A stretch of DNA of 64,000 nucleotides from Candidatus Rifleibacterium sp. (lineage in GTDB: Bacteria; Muiribacteriota; Ozemobacteria; Ozemobacterales; Ozemobacteraceae), in contig DAOPYA010000009.1 in NCBI GenBank assembly GCA_035352635.1, forward strand, positions 1,745 through 65,744, read 5' to 3'. Each line of letters begins with the position of its first letter. Within the stretch, counting starts at the first letter, position 1. The notes under the pieces are model-generated. The model saw only the letters and a program-made list of their open reading frames with translations. It was not told where the DNA came from and ran no database searches. The position numbers were made by a program, and so were the translations under genes. Of this stretch, positions 37,701 through 45,076 are shown piece by piece.

Positions 37701-39848
37701 CCGGAGAGTTTGTTTCGGGGTCGTATAAAAAGCGCAATTGTTTAGATTTGCAATGCCGTTTGCCATTGCAACAGACACTGGAAAAGAGCCGGGCGCCGGG
37801 TCTGTTGTGTTAATCAGCATTTGTCCGTTATTACCGGTGGCTGTATTGCCATAGCGGTCTCTGGCAATTATCTGCCCCGAAAAAAGAGCACCGGCAGTCA
37901 CTGTTGCCGGAAAGCCCTGCAAAGCCAGAGTTGCGGTTTCGAGCGGGGTGCTTTGTATTGAGTCGGAATCGGAGGCTATGACACCTGATGTGGCTACTAT
38001 TTTAAATGTCTGTGCTATCGGGTTGCGAGCCTGAAAAACCGCAGTGCCCTGATCGAACAAAGTAAAATTATGGCTGCCTCTGGGAAATTCAACCGTGCCC
38101 GAGGTCGCCGACAGATTAACCAGCCCGACAAAAGAAGTGACGGTGGCATTACTGCCGTCAACTGCCGTCACGCTGAAGTCGAAGTATTCGCCGGCAGCAA
38201 CCGTCGCTGGCGCCACTACTTTAAAGCTGGCTACCGGCATGGTATAAAAAATCTCGATTTCGCTGAGGATCGGCGAAACCGCCGTGTCAGCAGTGTTTAG
38301 ATTTGCCTGCACCTGAATGTAGCGACCGGTATTAGTGATACTGCTGCCATTTATGGTGATCGGAGCACTCCAGACAGCAGAACTGATGCCGGCAGCGGTT
38401 GCTGCGGTGCGCACCTGAAAGGAAACCGAGGTTCCGGGTGCGGTTGTGTTGGCTGACCAGGCCAATGAATCATAAACCGGGTTGGCTACCCCGGTGTCGA
38501 AAATCTTTGAAATATAACTGCCGGCAGTCGTATAACCAGCCGCCATTTCCCCGCTCAATGCCAGAGACAGTGGGTATTTCGGCTTTATTTCGACCCAGTC
38601 GACCTGGCTGCGGCGTTCGCGAATCGTGGGTTGACCTGCGACAGAAAGTGTATGCATGCCCAGACCGACAATTGCAATTCTGCTGGCAACATTGGTGGTG
38701 AAGTCGACTGTTGATTCCATCCAGTCAGACATGCCGGCAGCAACATAATAGCGCCGGTCACGACCGGCAGTTCCGGCCTTGATAAACATCAGGGTCGACC
38801 AGCCGGTGTTAAACGAAGCCGAGTTGAAACGCCGCAACGCCGTCAAAACCTGTGTGCCGGTCGAAGGTACGGTAATACTCTGCTGATATGCCCGCCAGGA
38901 ACCTGCCACATAGTCATTGTTAGGCACATTTTCGGGAAAACCCATTGATAAACAGGCATTACTTTTAAAGCCCGAATAGCCGGGTGGAATTACAGAGATC
39001 CCGGTTTCGAGAGCCAGAGTAGGATATGTTCCGTGCGGGTTCGCCACCAGACCAGTGAATCCATCAGCCGAAGTGATGCCTGTACCCGTGCCATTTGGCG
39101 AAAGGGTCCAGTTGTTGAGACCATCTTCAAAATCGTGGTTCAGAATATAAAATTGACTTAAACCCAGGTCTTCGATGCTGGTTGCATCGGGATTGGCGTA
39201 ATAAAGCCAGTAGCTATTGTCTGAGGCGGGTGCCGGGTTGGCGTCAGCCTCAAATAACAGGCGAACCGGTGTATTCTGGTTATCTATCGGCCTTTCGTAA
39301 TCAAGAAGACGAAAAGGGATCTGCACCCCATTCGCGTTTGTCAGGCGCAAATCTGACCAATCATGTTTGGCGTTGCCTATAACATCTATCACGAAGGTGC
39401 ATTTTTCGCCATAACGTCTGATTTTTCCAATATTGGCGCCAGTGTGACTAAAATCGTTGGGGATAGTCACTGCGATCTCTCGCTTTTTAGCCCAGACGCC
39501 ACGGCCTCCGAACTTAGCACCCGGAGAGCCGTCTTCGCCGGGATTGGTATTACGCAGGCGCAAAAAGTCAGCGGCAGCACCATCGGTATCGGCGGCAAGT
39601 ACATCGCTCAACGTCGTACCGGCCGCAGTAAAATCACCATTGGTCTTTATTTTAAAAGAGGCGGCGAATAGCGGGCTGATTCCCCAGAGTAGCAGCAGAA
39701 TAAAGCCAAAAGCGGTCAGGTAAAATCTACGGTGCACTTTTACTTTTTTACCGGTCTGACGAAAGTGTCGGAACTTTGTGAAGCTGAAACCTGGGTAATC
39801 GCCGTTATCGACATGCACACACAAAGATCCGTTCTTTTCACTTTCCAT
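28791..39848 (-). CDS. Giant (3,685 aa) cell-surface protein: N-terminal anchor/signal, DUF2341/LamG-like region, many Ig-like repeats, polyglycine domain, C-terminal jelly-roll-like domain
   Basis: A single 11,058-nt ORF with RBS GAGGAG 5 nt before the ATG. Hydrophobic segment YLTAFGFILLLLWGISPLFAASF. At least 18 repeats carry the signature A-x-D-x-(Y/F)-(G/N)-N...Y-x-G (examples: IIARDRYGNTATGNNG, TVKALDAYGNIADDYD, VTILDIYGNVANDYAG). Confidence 0.85.
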   Translation of the reverse strand: MESEKNGSLCVHVDNGDYPGFSFTKFRHFRQTGKKVKVHRRFYLTAFGFILLLLWGISPLFAASFKIKTNGDFTAAGTTLSDVLAADTDGAAADFLRLRNTNPGEDGSPGAKFGGRGVWAKKREIAVTIPNDFSHTGANIGKIRRYGEKCTFVIDVIGNAKHDWSDLRLTNANGVQIPFRLLDYERPIDNQNTPVRLLFEADANPAPASDNSYWLYYANPDATSIEDLGLSQFYILNHDFEDGLNNWTLSPNGTGTGITSADGFTGLVANPHGTYPTLALETGISVIPPGYSGFKSNACLSMGFPENVPNNDYVAGSWRAYQQSITVPSTGTQVLTALRRFNSASFNTGWSTLMFIKAGTAGRDRRYYVAAGMSDWMESTVDFTTNVASRIAIVGLGMHTLSVAGQPTIRERRSQVDWVEIKPKYPLSLALSGEMAAGYTTAGSYISKIFDTGVANPVYDSLAWSANTTAPGTSVSFQVRTAATAAGISSAVWSAPITINGSSITNTGRYIQVQANLNTADTAVSPILSEIEIFYTMPVASFKVVAPATVAAGEYFDFSVTAVDGSNATVTSFVGLVNLSATSGTVEFPRGSHNFTLFDQGTAVFQARNPIAQTFKIVATSGVIASDSDSIQSTPLETATLALQGFPATVTAGALFSGQIIARDRYGNTATGNNGQMLINTTDPAPGSFPVSVAMANGIANLNNCAFYTTPKQTLRVKGAASGITVSTDINVNVGAAARLRLSADPDQYQNVPFIMKVAAVDSYGNLNTTVNTNFTVNSSLSTVSIPNGNIVAGECQHSMALDTTGNQTVTANTPTALSGDLGISVHAEAPAELERFMIDAGYDQLAGVPFTLTIEARDDNEEVLTSYDGACRIIPSVGLSEPPMTTGYKFLDGFLAIPIVLTAADSNMILRVEDINDNSKLGLLVLNVRPSSLGGFEVDTPPAADAGATFTFTIRARDKQGNLLTNYTGTTIISHTATGGNVKIPAIYTFTAGDAGEKTFSGVNGANFTKAEQIKIQVEDSARTGISDFVNILPAANDPVIEVRPDVLSVDLGTSLSFNLYLKDRFDNALNGYTGTINFSYSDPTVTGPANYSFQDFENGFKRFLNEVTPANLGDFTITAVDVLSGNSNTTDVISVVSGETTNFAISPGSISLFAGQSFYYTVTASNSAGDINEQYNGAVRFATLDPLAQIPKDSTLVNGLGTFQASYFTAGAYTLNVFDTSQPSISGSMNVTVVASAARLLVIEPAVDTTTAGSAISYTVKVTDAFGNPANITGSVTVSSTDSKATSTTSPQTLNFANQASRTAAWTFTTAGTQKLRAAFTGLKAADSIPVKVNAAAANRITGDFPAYASSELTTPFIVKVVDVYNNLTPYTNTINVTSVALTSNYKTFQGDGYTFAPADSGLHTYYLRWDLGNPNEAPTYAPADVRVTFTPNPLGSITNGAVSHDLRVDNPRSTVPEFPFLRSWLSPPDRQVTASEPFKLTYRSLSIRETAYPVTSIVDISVSDGSIAVSRDGVNYGSSISISNESEVTFWAIVTRTGFLSVVATPHIAPAFTGTTGFLSHPGPVAKITIEADTPQKAGVKFPWKLEWWDACDNYARKAVELISLSAAAAGLSELDPQRLLLSGHDGKFNQQENRQWLTDDFIVASSTTNLKVDYEKREISIKGLYDADFSEDLLMAPSGIWKVLRFGQDGVSGDVVQQYTTVGNHSFTVPDGVTSLEYLVVGGGGGGGGGGANGECGAGGGAGGVYAGTMAVTPGQIIAIAVGAGGTGVSGNTGNDGGDSSLGAIVAAGGGGGGRGNGTAGRPGASGGGGGGNTVATNPAGGTGIAGQGFNGGAGRGSTTANQRAGGGGGGAGAAGGPSPSNGNGGGGGTGIQSNITGVNLWYAGGGGGSGATPGTGGSGVGGNGGNNSAGGAGTANRGGGGGGGSRTAATNRAGGNGGSGVVILKFTPYLPDPSFVVENGQLRIWTLGDGSICNLLCDTTADNNRWQENADDSYYYLYFDWPANDIFAFNATLAIRRMWFDTQLDYSLCHAGIMMKDDSHATRPRFVSSMLRRVDDSYTNNQDIGVFSAQSVYRNAPNNLRYRRKFGTSPSTVTTHPLSVGIWRDAHAGANPGRFRPMGCHDGQSWREFSGSNGSSPVPQPDVAATVYTKLGITVGANNLSRPGMAWIDDFKVNRYPVSGEFISVVYDIGTSSVTLTNPMVVAGEANTGTIALYMRGSNNAATIGAQAWTALPLTLTAGEYRANPTAFNNRRYLQYRLVLNAHLIGSWGGQDFYDATPVVRSVKLDYIPATQGAMFAERNVDPPATILASYSPTITAETDVAILGGTVASLEITAPGEVTAGVPFTFTVKALDAYGNIADDYDKTWSFTTSDGEPFAGLLPGAYTLVPSADGGQHTFFNAAILFNGPTNTITVTDGTLSTVSAPITVKSGRLGAFAILALSPQAAGTIFPLSLTALDVYNNVKTDYSGDMTFTDTHSGGTAGYAPSILPAASWSTGLANLLPGSFFTKAEVVKITGQSSYRSGTSNDIAITSAPPAALLLSVSTTSPDSGIPFSATVTILDIYGNVANDYAGWVRFSVNDTHPDVILPADYHFVAADAGRKTFVSAFRLITPGAATLQVVDTVNATMTHQFPLTVLPGPAKRFELSCSSIQTEGVPFNLIVKAYDDYGNLKTNFSETIGLSTDFTSVLPVSAGGFSQGQLLIPSVELKYSGAMPETKKITAAFGVVAGDKDITLLPPASDFARFDLETYPPEPTAGDSFKLVIKAVGLDGAVYTNYNGTGVFLEARDDLGQLVDPPMAPIQASGFTNGVKELYARNWVAGDITLWATDKVIPGKVGSLTVTFKPTNLSHFAVVPGTSTVEPFANNYYQTVNASFPLFLKAYDTIGNVKTDYSGIVQLSENGPGSLSSSTVVFVDGVATLSAVYYDQPGKIRITATDNILDRSGFSGTLQFFGPLHRFNIAVNTHQTDETPFPAQLTAIDIYDQEKLNFTGNVTSQRLSWSLGPLTDVTLTPAAPAVAWEEAKSYTWLAANRPDAGASPGDFGFRIISNTFPDASGSAVVSLHRTSALAVAGLAIETFSPQQAGKPFPMLVKVVDASGAVVKTWAATDAALSALATLGFNSDIIPATIAAAGFVDGVYATTTAQIAIPGTYTVSVNSGGFGGAFSPLLVKPGAASALRITVPDYAPLNANFVMSVAGVTADGQVKTDFIPDGPIQLKLNATSTGYLGVQFINPEDFIDGEAKVLNQTYNKSQEIFISAIDNVTGMRDIGGPVKVFGPPVKLVLQPLPDAAADFFWNSWLKVRVTIKDVNGYPVANFTGDIDFAVTPGTGSLAADAAIMPALVTQFFEADSLGSQEFYLKVTYSTAQSPTLLDIDATSVAFGLSDTATDLRFKKEPKFDSFEILAPADGSTVYKGKPFNLRVRAVDNFGNPWPLLASYPSILVENVDPLSLSSFNALPNTHLEFLNTSEVIVPGQVDYDDQVAATVRYSVVPEDIPLAGDFVEFKVSTGFNLKDSIYQKIATATFALPSKYLLSAFISPGTGSAELKFTLIDANGEPKSSFGAQIASDGTLVPIGPVAYAGKSEMILDSSIENLDHQTWYRVYLAFDYQFDQNLASETIIQLQNSSPAYYTASATTYFDGIQLEKAFFADQTAPTAYSGSGIQIFTPNTSRSVSGENAYFEW
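33994..34730 (-). other. Glycine-rich (polyglycine) domain inside the giant protein
   Basis: HSFTVPDGVTSLEYLVVGGGGGGGGGGANGECGAGGGAGG ... NRAGGNGGSGVVILKF, about 245 aa and mostly Gly/Ala/Asn/Thr/Ser runs. The opposite strand therefore shows artefactual Pro-rich ORFs. Confidence 0.7.
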
Positions 39849-40179
39849 AAAAGCTCCTCAATATTTACCGCCACAAAAAGACATCGGGGTATCTCTCTAC
39901 AAATATATATAACACCTGTATAACCAGTGCGCAACAGGAATCACACCTGGACACTGACCCCATATCGCTGATTATAATTGCGATTCGCCTGAAATTGGCA
40001 TACGTTCGTGTCACCTCTGGCGCTTCATTGTGTCGTCCACACGCAATACGACGCCCTTATATCTATCGAAAAAAAATCAACAAGTGGTATATTTTCGCTT
40101 CCATGGTGATTGCCTGTATAGAACGAAGCAATGTATAATTGTGTACGCGAATAAAATATCTATTGAGAGGGTTCCCCAG

Positions 40180-41004
40180 ATGGCATCGCCAGATCCGGAA
40201 AAATTGACGCAGCTCGCTGAAGAAATTGTTGAAGCGCTCGGCTATCAACTTTTTATCAACGACGAAGAGCCTGAAAATGACCCGGAAAGGAAAAAATACC
40301 GGCAGCTGGTTCAGCTTATCGAAATGGAACTCAGCGCCGAACTTTTCGTAGCCACCGGCAAGTCTGACGATGACTTGCAGCCCCCACCTGACGACCATCA
40401 GCCAACCTCAGCCCCCACTTTGCAACCCCAGCCGCAGATCGCGAAAGTTGTGCCAATAACAAACGATACTGCAGCAAAAGCAAAACCAGGGACACAGTCA
40501 CATTCACAGTCACAGTCACATTCACAGTCACGGCTACAGCCTCTGCCAAAACCAGAAAAAGCTTCTGGCAGCACGCAGATTCGCCTTATCAACCACGAAG
40601 AAGAGCAGGTTTCGACAGGCACCGCCTTATTCAGGTCGCTATCGCTCTCGTCGGCTTCGGTTTTTGGCATAGCGATCGCAACGGTTTTTCTCGCCGGATT
40701 TCTGGTTTCCCAATATCTTTCCGGCGACAGGAATTCAGCGTTCTTTAAAGCGGGCGGCAATAATTCTGGCAAAGCAGCGGCGACACAGAAAGATTCTAAA
40801 CAGCAGCGGGCGGCCAAGGCCTTCTTCATGATGGCAAAAAGCGACCTCGAAAAAAAGAATTATCAGGCGGCCCGCGAGAGTTGTCGCATGGCCATCTCGC
40901 TTGAGCCTGACAACCCGCAATATCAGGAAGCTTTCAAACAAATGGAAATACTCAGCAAAAACAGCAAAAAAAAAGCCAAAACCCTGAAGCAGGGTATTCC
41001 CTAA
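40180..41004 (+). CDS. Membrane-anchored protein with acidic/Pro-rich N-region, SHSQ repeat, one TM segment and a C-terminal TPR-like motif
   Basis: ATG 40180 (MASPDPEKL...). TM segment SVFGIAIATVFLAGFLVSQYL. The C-terminal KKNYQAARESCRMAISLEPDNPQYQEAFKQM is TPR-like. Confidence 0.5.
   Translation: MASPDPEKLTQLAEEIVEALGYQLFINDEEPENDPERKKYRQLVQLIEMELSAELFVATGKSDDDLQPPPDDHQPTSAPTLQPQPQIAKVVPITNDTAAKAKPGTQSHSQSQSHSQSRLQPLPKPEKASGSTQIRLINHEEEQVSTGTALFRSLSLSSASVFGIAIATVFLAGFLVSQYLSGDRNSAFFKAGGNNSGKAAATQKDSKQQRAAKAFFMMAKSDLEKKNYQAARESCRMAISLEPDNPQYQEAFKQMEILSKNSKKKAKTLKQGIP
40495..40530 (+). repeat. In-frame hexanucleotide array (cagtca/cattca, 18-bp unit x2)
   Basis: The array cagtca cattca cagtca cagtca cattca cagtca encodes QSHSQSQSHSQS. 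Confidence 0.6.
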
Positions 41005-41183
41005 AATGTTGACCGGCACCTGATAACAAACCTGCATGCCTCGAACGCCGAAACAACATGTGCCGACAACAGCTACGATGACGGCAATGAAGACTGCTGG
41101 TTCAACCTGATAAACGGCTTTTGGGCTATTCATCGGGCGGGCCGGGAGCGGCAGAAGCCGTCTCCCGGCTGGTTGGTCAATGC

Positions 41184-41558
41184 TCAGATTATCGAAGGCT
41201 CATCCTGGGCGTGGTCTTCATCGCCGGCCGGTTTGCCGAGAAAGGTTACCTGGTCGCCGACTACCTGGGTCATATACTGGGTTTTGCCTTCGCTGTTCTG
41301 ATAACTTCTGGTTTCGAGGCGGCCTTCTACGAGCACCGGGCGGCCCTTTTTTAAATAGCGGTTGCAGATGTCGGCGGTGTTGTTCCAGACGACGATGCGG
41401 AAAAAGGTCGTATCAGTCTTGAGTTCGCCCGCACTGTTGCGCCAGCGCTTGTTGACCGCCACCGAAAAGGTTGCGACGCGGTTGCCATTGCCTGTTTCTT
41501 TGATCTGCGGGTCACGGGCCAAATTTCCTGCCAGAAGCACACGATTGATTCCTACCAT
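41184..41558 (-). CDS. ssb: Single-stranded DNA-binding protein
   Basis: 124 aa. The OB-fold sequence MVGINRVLLAGNLARDPQIKETGNGNRVATFSVAVN...FFRIVVWNNTADICNRYLKKGRPVLVEGRLETRSY is followed by an acidic tail. Confidence 0.9.
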   Translation of the reverse strand: MVGINRVLLAGNLARDPQIKETGNGNRVATFSVAVNKRWRNSAGELKTDTTFFRIVVWNNTADICNRYLKKGRPVLVEGRLETRSYQNSEGKTQYMTQVVGDQVTFLGKPAGDEDHAQDEPSII

Positions 41559-41664
41559 TTTATTTCCTCCAGATTTTTTTATCGCAAACAGGTCTCACTG
41601 ATAAATCAATCTAAAAAGGAAAAAGGGAAAAAATAGTTTATTTTTTTTTTATAATTGCCAGAAC

Positions 41665-42444
41665 CTAGATTCGGCCGAGCAAAGAGTAATAAACCAGGCC
41701 TATCCACTCGTGCAGAGCTGCGTTTATTGAGGTCAGATAATGCTCTGACGCGTAATACACGCCCGAAGCTGTGTGGGTTGGCGCGGGCAGAACCTCAAAA
41801 CCCCGACGGGCAAAGGTCAGCACCGACCGGTAGATGTGGGCATTGCTGGTTACGAGAAGAATTCGGTTAATGCCCGCGGGTTGAAGGATTTTTTGAATGT
41901 ATTCAGCTTCGGTAGCGGTAGTTACTATGTCCTTGCTGATCAGAATGCTTATGCTGGCCTGATCAACCGCAAACATGCTGGTAAAACTTGCCACCCAGGC
42001 AGCCTCAGCGTGCCCGTCGATTCTTGAATACCCGGTGCTGATGAGCAGCAATGGTGCCCGACCTTCCTGCAACAGGCTCAGGCCATGCGTCACTCTTTGA
42101 AAACCGCTGTAGCCTGGTTCGCCATTTTTCATGGCCCCCGAAGCCAGCACTACGATTGCCTGGGCATTTTCTTTCGCGTGTTCCATGACCAGAGGTTCAG
42201 CGAGGTAGCCACCAAGCGGAAAAGCGCTGCCGAGGATCACAAAAACCGCCAGCAGCAGCATGCCGTCTTTCCAGTTCAGGGCGTGGCCACTGCTGAATGT
42301 TTTGGCGGTTTGCCGTGAAGCGAGGTAGTGAATCGCTATAATGGCGACGAACAGACCCGCAAAAAAATGTTGGTGCGGCTGGTTGATCTGCCCCATTGCC
42401 AGGTAGAGAATCGTTGGAAGAATCAGGATCAGGAATCTTTTCAT
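41665..42444 (-). CDS. DUF218 / YdcF-ElyC family protein
   Basis: 259 aa with N-terminal TM segments. AIVVLASG...LLLISTGYS...ILLVTSNAHIYRSVLTFARRGF is typical of DUF218. Confidence 0.75.
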   Translation of the reverse strand: MKRFLILILPTILYLAMGQINQPHQHFFAGLFVAIIAIHYLASRQTAKTFSSGHALNWKDGMLLLAVFVILGSAFPLGGYLAEPLVMEHAKENAQAIVVLASGAMKNGEPGYSGFQRVTHGLSLLQEGRAPLLLISTGYSRIDGHAEAAWVASFTSMFAVDQASISILISKDIVTTATEAEYIQKILQPAGINRILLVTSNAHIYRSVLTFARRGFEVLPAPTHTASGVYYASEHYLTSINAALHEWIGLVYYSLLGRI

Positions 42445-42447
42445 GGT

Positions 42448-44655
42448 TTATTGTTCTGGCCTTATTCTGGAATTTTGTGCCTGACGGCTCTGGTTGTCGA
42501 AGTCTATGAATTCACGGCACCATGCCAGCATATCTTGCCGCAGCGTGAAATGCTGTTCGATTGATTCAGAAAAGTTTTCGCCAGCCAGAATTCGCTCAAG
42601 CTGACGGCGGGCGCGATAAAAGACGGTCTGCCCCCGCGAAATCAGCATCATAAAATTCTCTGACCGCGATCTGCTCAGTATGGCAGAATGCAGAACCAGT
42701 TCGGCGAGGATCGCGGTAGCCAGGTTTCTGTCTTTGACCGGTTGGCCGATGCGAATTTCTCCGGGCTGGGGGGGCGGGTTGAGGTGGGCGCTGATGCGAT
42801 TGAGAATTTCATTGCCGGTCAGTGCCATCAGAAGGATGTGAGATTGCAGAAGCCTCTCTGGCTCGCTGTTGAAGGTCTGACGGTCAAGGTCGATGATCTG
42901 ATGGTATAGGTTCTGGCTGTCGATGCTGAGCAGATGCAAGGGTATCAGGGCATTTTCAACGGATTTTAAGTTTTTGAGCGGCTTGCGCCTGAATTCGCAA
43001 AGCATTTCGTCCATGGCGGCAAGGGTCGGTGCATGTCTGAACGGATTTGCAGCCTTGGGGGCCGCTGCGGGGGCGGGTGGTTTATCGCTGGCAATGGTTT
43101 TCGAGATATTCTGAAGTTGTGCGACCGGTGGGGCTTCGATCCCGGGGGCTTTTTCAGGGGCTGTTTTTTTGGTTTCACTTTTTATGAGGGCGGCGGCGAA
43201 GCGTTTCTGGTTGCTGCGGGCTGCCAGCAGGAGCATACCCGCATATAATACGGCGATCAGAACTCCGGGCAGGTTGCCGACATAAAAGAACTGGCCGGGA
43301 ATAGCCTGGAATCTGCTCATCAGGCCAAGCATGCCATCGAGAACCAGCGAAAGCCCTGGGGCGATAATGATCGAAGCCGATGGCCAGAATATTGCCAGCA
43401 ACGCAGTTATAAACGCCACCGGCAGAATATAACTGAATGACCAGATGATCAGCGGGTTGACCAGCAGGGCAGCCGTCGAAACCGTGCCGAACAGCATTGC
43501 TGTTAAGGGCATGGTTCCAAAGCCTGCGGCCATCGAGACGGCAAAATACCTGGCCAGGGGCGCCGGAAAAAACCATCGTTTCAGGGTTTCTTCGATCGGC
43601 ACCCTGAGAAAAATTATGCTGATCACGGCCGTGAAACTGAGCTGAAACGCCGCGTTGCCTACCAGCTGCGGGTTAGCCAGCAGCAACAGGAAAGCGGCGA
43701 TTGCCACCGGTCGGGTCGGCGATGGGCTGGCCTCGAGATGCAGAACCGCTACCACGCAGATATACATTATGAAAGCTCGCCAGACTGATGGGCTGCCAAC
43801 CGTTGTCATTGAGTAGATCAGCAGAAAAACTGCGATCATGACGCTGCGCGACAGTGGTGGCACCCTGAACCAGTGAAGAATTGCCGCAAGAAAGATTATC
43901 AAAACCATTATGTGCTGCCCTGAGACTGCCAGAATATGGCTCACACCGGTTTCCCTGAAAAGTACGCGGTCTTCCAGGCTGATCTGGCTGGTGTCGCCGA
44001 GTATCAGCCCGATAACTATGCCGGCATGCCGTGCCGGCAATACGCTGTGCAAGCTGTCGCGCAATTTTCGTTGAATCTTGCCGGTCAGATTCGATACTGA
44101 AAGGTTTCCCGTTATATTTTCAAGGGTTTTACCATGAAAAACCGGCGGAACACCGGGTGAACCCACTGAAAAATGGCCGGTCAACGAGTAACTCTGCTCG
44201 GGTTCAGGCATGGTTTCGGGGGCTTTAATGCTGCAGTCAACGAACCCGGGCACCGCAATCTTCTGGTCGTTTGCACTGTATAAAGTATCGCTCATCTTGA
44301 ATCTGACGTTTCCGGCACGACTCAAGCTGAGTTCTCCCTTGAATCTGCCTGTCAGGGTGCCTTGTGATCCATCGAGAGCCAGAAAATGAGAGTAATCCGC
44401 GGGCGGTACCATCAGCAGATTGCCATAAAAAGCCGCTGAAGATAGAGCCGCCAGCGCCAGAAAAATGAATTGCCATGGCTGAAGCGCCCGGGGAAAAGTC
44501 AGCAGCAGGCTGACGACAGCGGCAACCAGCAGGGCAGAGTGCATTCCGGCTGGCAGCGCCGCTGCGAGCAACAGCCCGACCACAAACAGTGCCACAAAGA
44601 GCACCAGCATGTCTGGTGAGGCGATTGTGATGCGGTTGCCTGCGTGTTTAGTCAT
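42448..44655 (-). CDS. comEC: ComEC/Rec2 DNA internalisation channel family protein
   Basis: 735 aa, polytopic. The competence-domain motif reads FRETGVSHILAVSGQHIMVLIIFL. It lies directly downstream of comEA. Confidence 0.85.
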   Translation of the reverse strand: MTKHAGNRITIASPDMLVLFVALFVVGLLLAAALPAGMHSALLVAAVVSLLLTFPRALQPWQFIFLALAALSSAAFYGNLLMVPPADYSHFLALDGSQGTLTGRFKGELSLSRAGNVRFKMSDTLYSANDQKIAVPGFVDCSIKAPETMPEPEQSYSLTGHFSVGSPGVPPVFHGKTLENITGNLSVSNLTGKIQRKLRDSLHSVLPARHAGIVIGLILGDTSQISLEDRVLFRETGVSHILAVSGQHIMVLIIFLAAILHWFRVPPLSRSVMIAVFLLIYSMTTVGSPSVWRAFIMYICVVAVLHLEASPSPTRPVAIAAFLLLLANPQLVGNAAFQLSFTAVISIIFLRVPIEETLKRWFFPAPLARYFAVSMAAGFGTMPLTAMLFGTVSTAALLVNPLIIWSFSYILPVAFITALLAIFWPSASIIIAPGLSLVLDGMLGLMSRFQAIPGQFFYVGNLPGVLIAVLYAGMLLLAARSNQKRFAAALIKSETKKTAPEKAPGIEAPPVAQLQNISKTIASDKPPAPAAAPKAANPFRHAPTLAAMDEMLCEFRRKPLKNLKSVENALIPLHLLSIDSQNLYHQIIDLDRQTFNSEPERLLQSHILLMALTGNEILNRISAHLNPPPQPGEIRIGQPVKDRNLATAILAELVLHSAILSRSRSENFMMLISRGQTVFYRARRQLERILAGENFSESIEQHFTLRQDMLAWCREFIDFDNQSRQAQNSRIRPEQ

Positions 44656-45076
44656 TACTATTCAGTTTTACGCCTGCTTCTTTGAGATTTTTGATTTTAG
44701 CCGGCCCGATGCTTTTAACCCGGTCGTCGAAGTCGCGCCAGTCAAAAAACTTGCCGGCTTTCCGTTCTTCAATGATCAGGGATGCTGTTTTTGAGCCGAT
44801 GCCCGGCAAGCCGCGCAGATCTTCAAAAGTGGCTTCGTTGATAATCACGTGGTCGGGTGCCGCGACGCCTGACTGGCGAATTTCGACGGATACCGGGATT
44901 CTGTTGTTCAGGTCAACGCTGAGTTGGTGCGAACCCGCTGCGATGAACTTCTGTAATGAAACCGTGTCTGAGCCGGTCAGCATGAAACCAAGGCCGAGCA
45001 ACAGTGGCACCATGCAGAGAGCGCGAAAGCTCCAGATTTCAATGGGGTTCAGAGGAAACAAATTTTTAACCCCCAT
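44648..45076 (-). CDS. comEA: ComEA-like helix-hairpin-helix DNA-binding protein
   Basis: INEATFEDLRGLPGIGSKTASLIIEERKAGKFFDWRDFDDRVKSIGPAKIKNL contains two HhH motifs. An N-terminal TM segment is present. The exact start is uncertain. Confidence 0.8.
   Translation of the reverse strand: MGVKNLFPLNPIEIWSFRALCMVPLLLGLGFMLTGSDTVSLQKFIAAGSHQLSVDLNNRIPVSVEIRQSGVAAPDHVIINEATFEDLRGLPGIGSKTASLIIEERKAGKFFDWRDFDDRVKSIGPAKIKNLKEAGVKLNSND

Noticed and set aside
41139-41170. GC-rich hairpin (gccgggag-cggc-agaa-gccg-t-ctcccggc) between the convergent 40180-41004 gene and ssb, considered as a bidirectional terminator
   Set aside because: There is no U-tract on either strand, so I cannot call it an intrinsic terminator with confidence.
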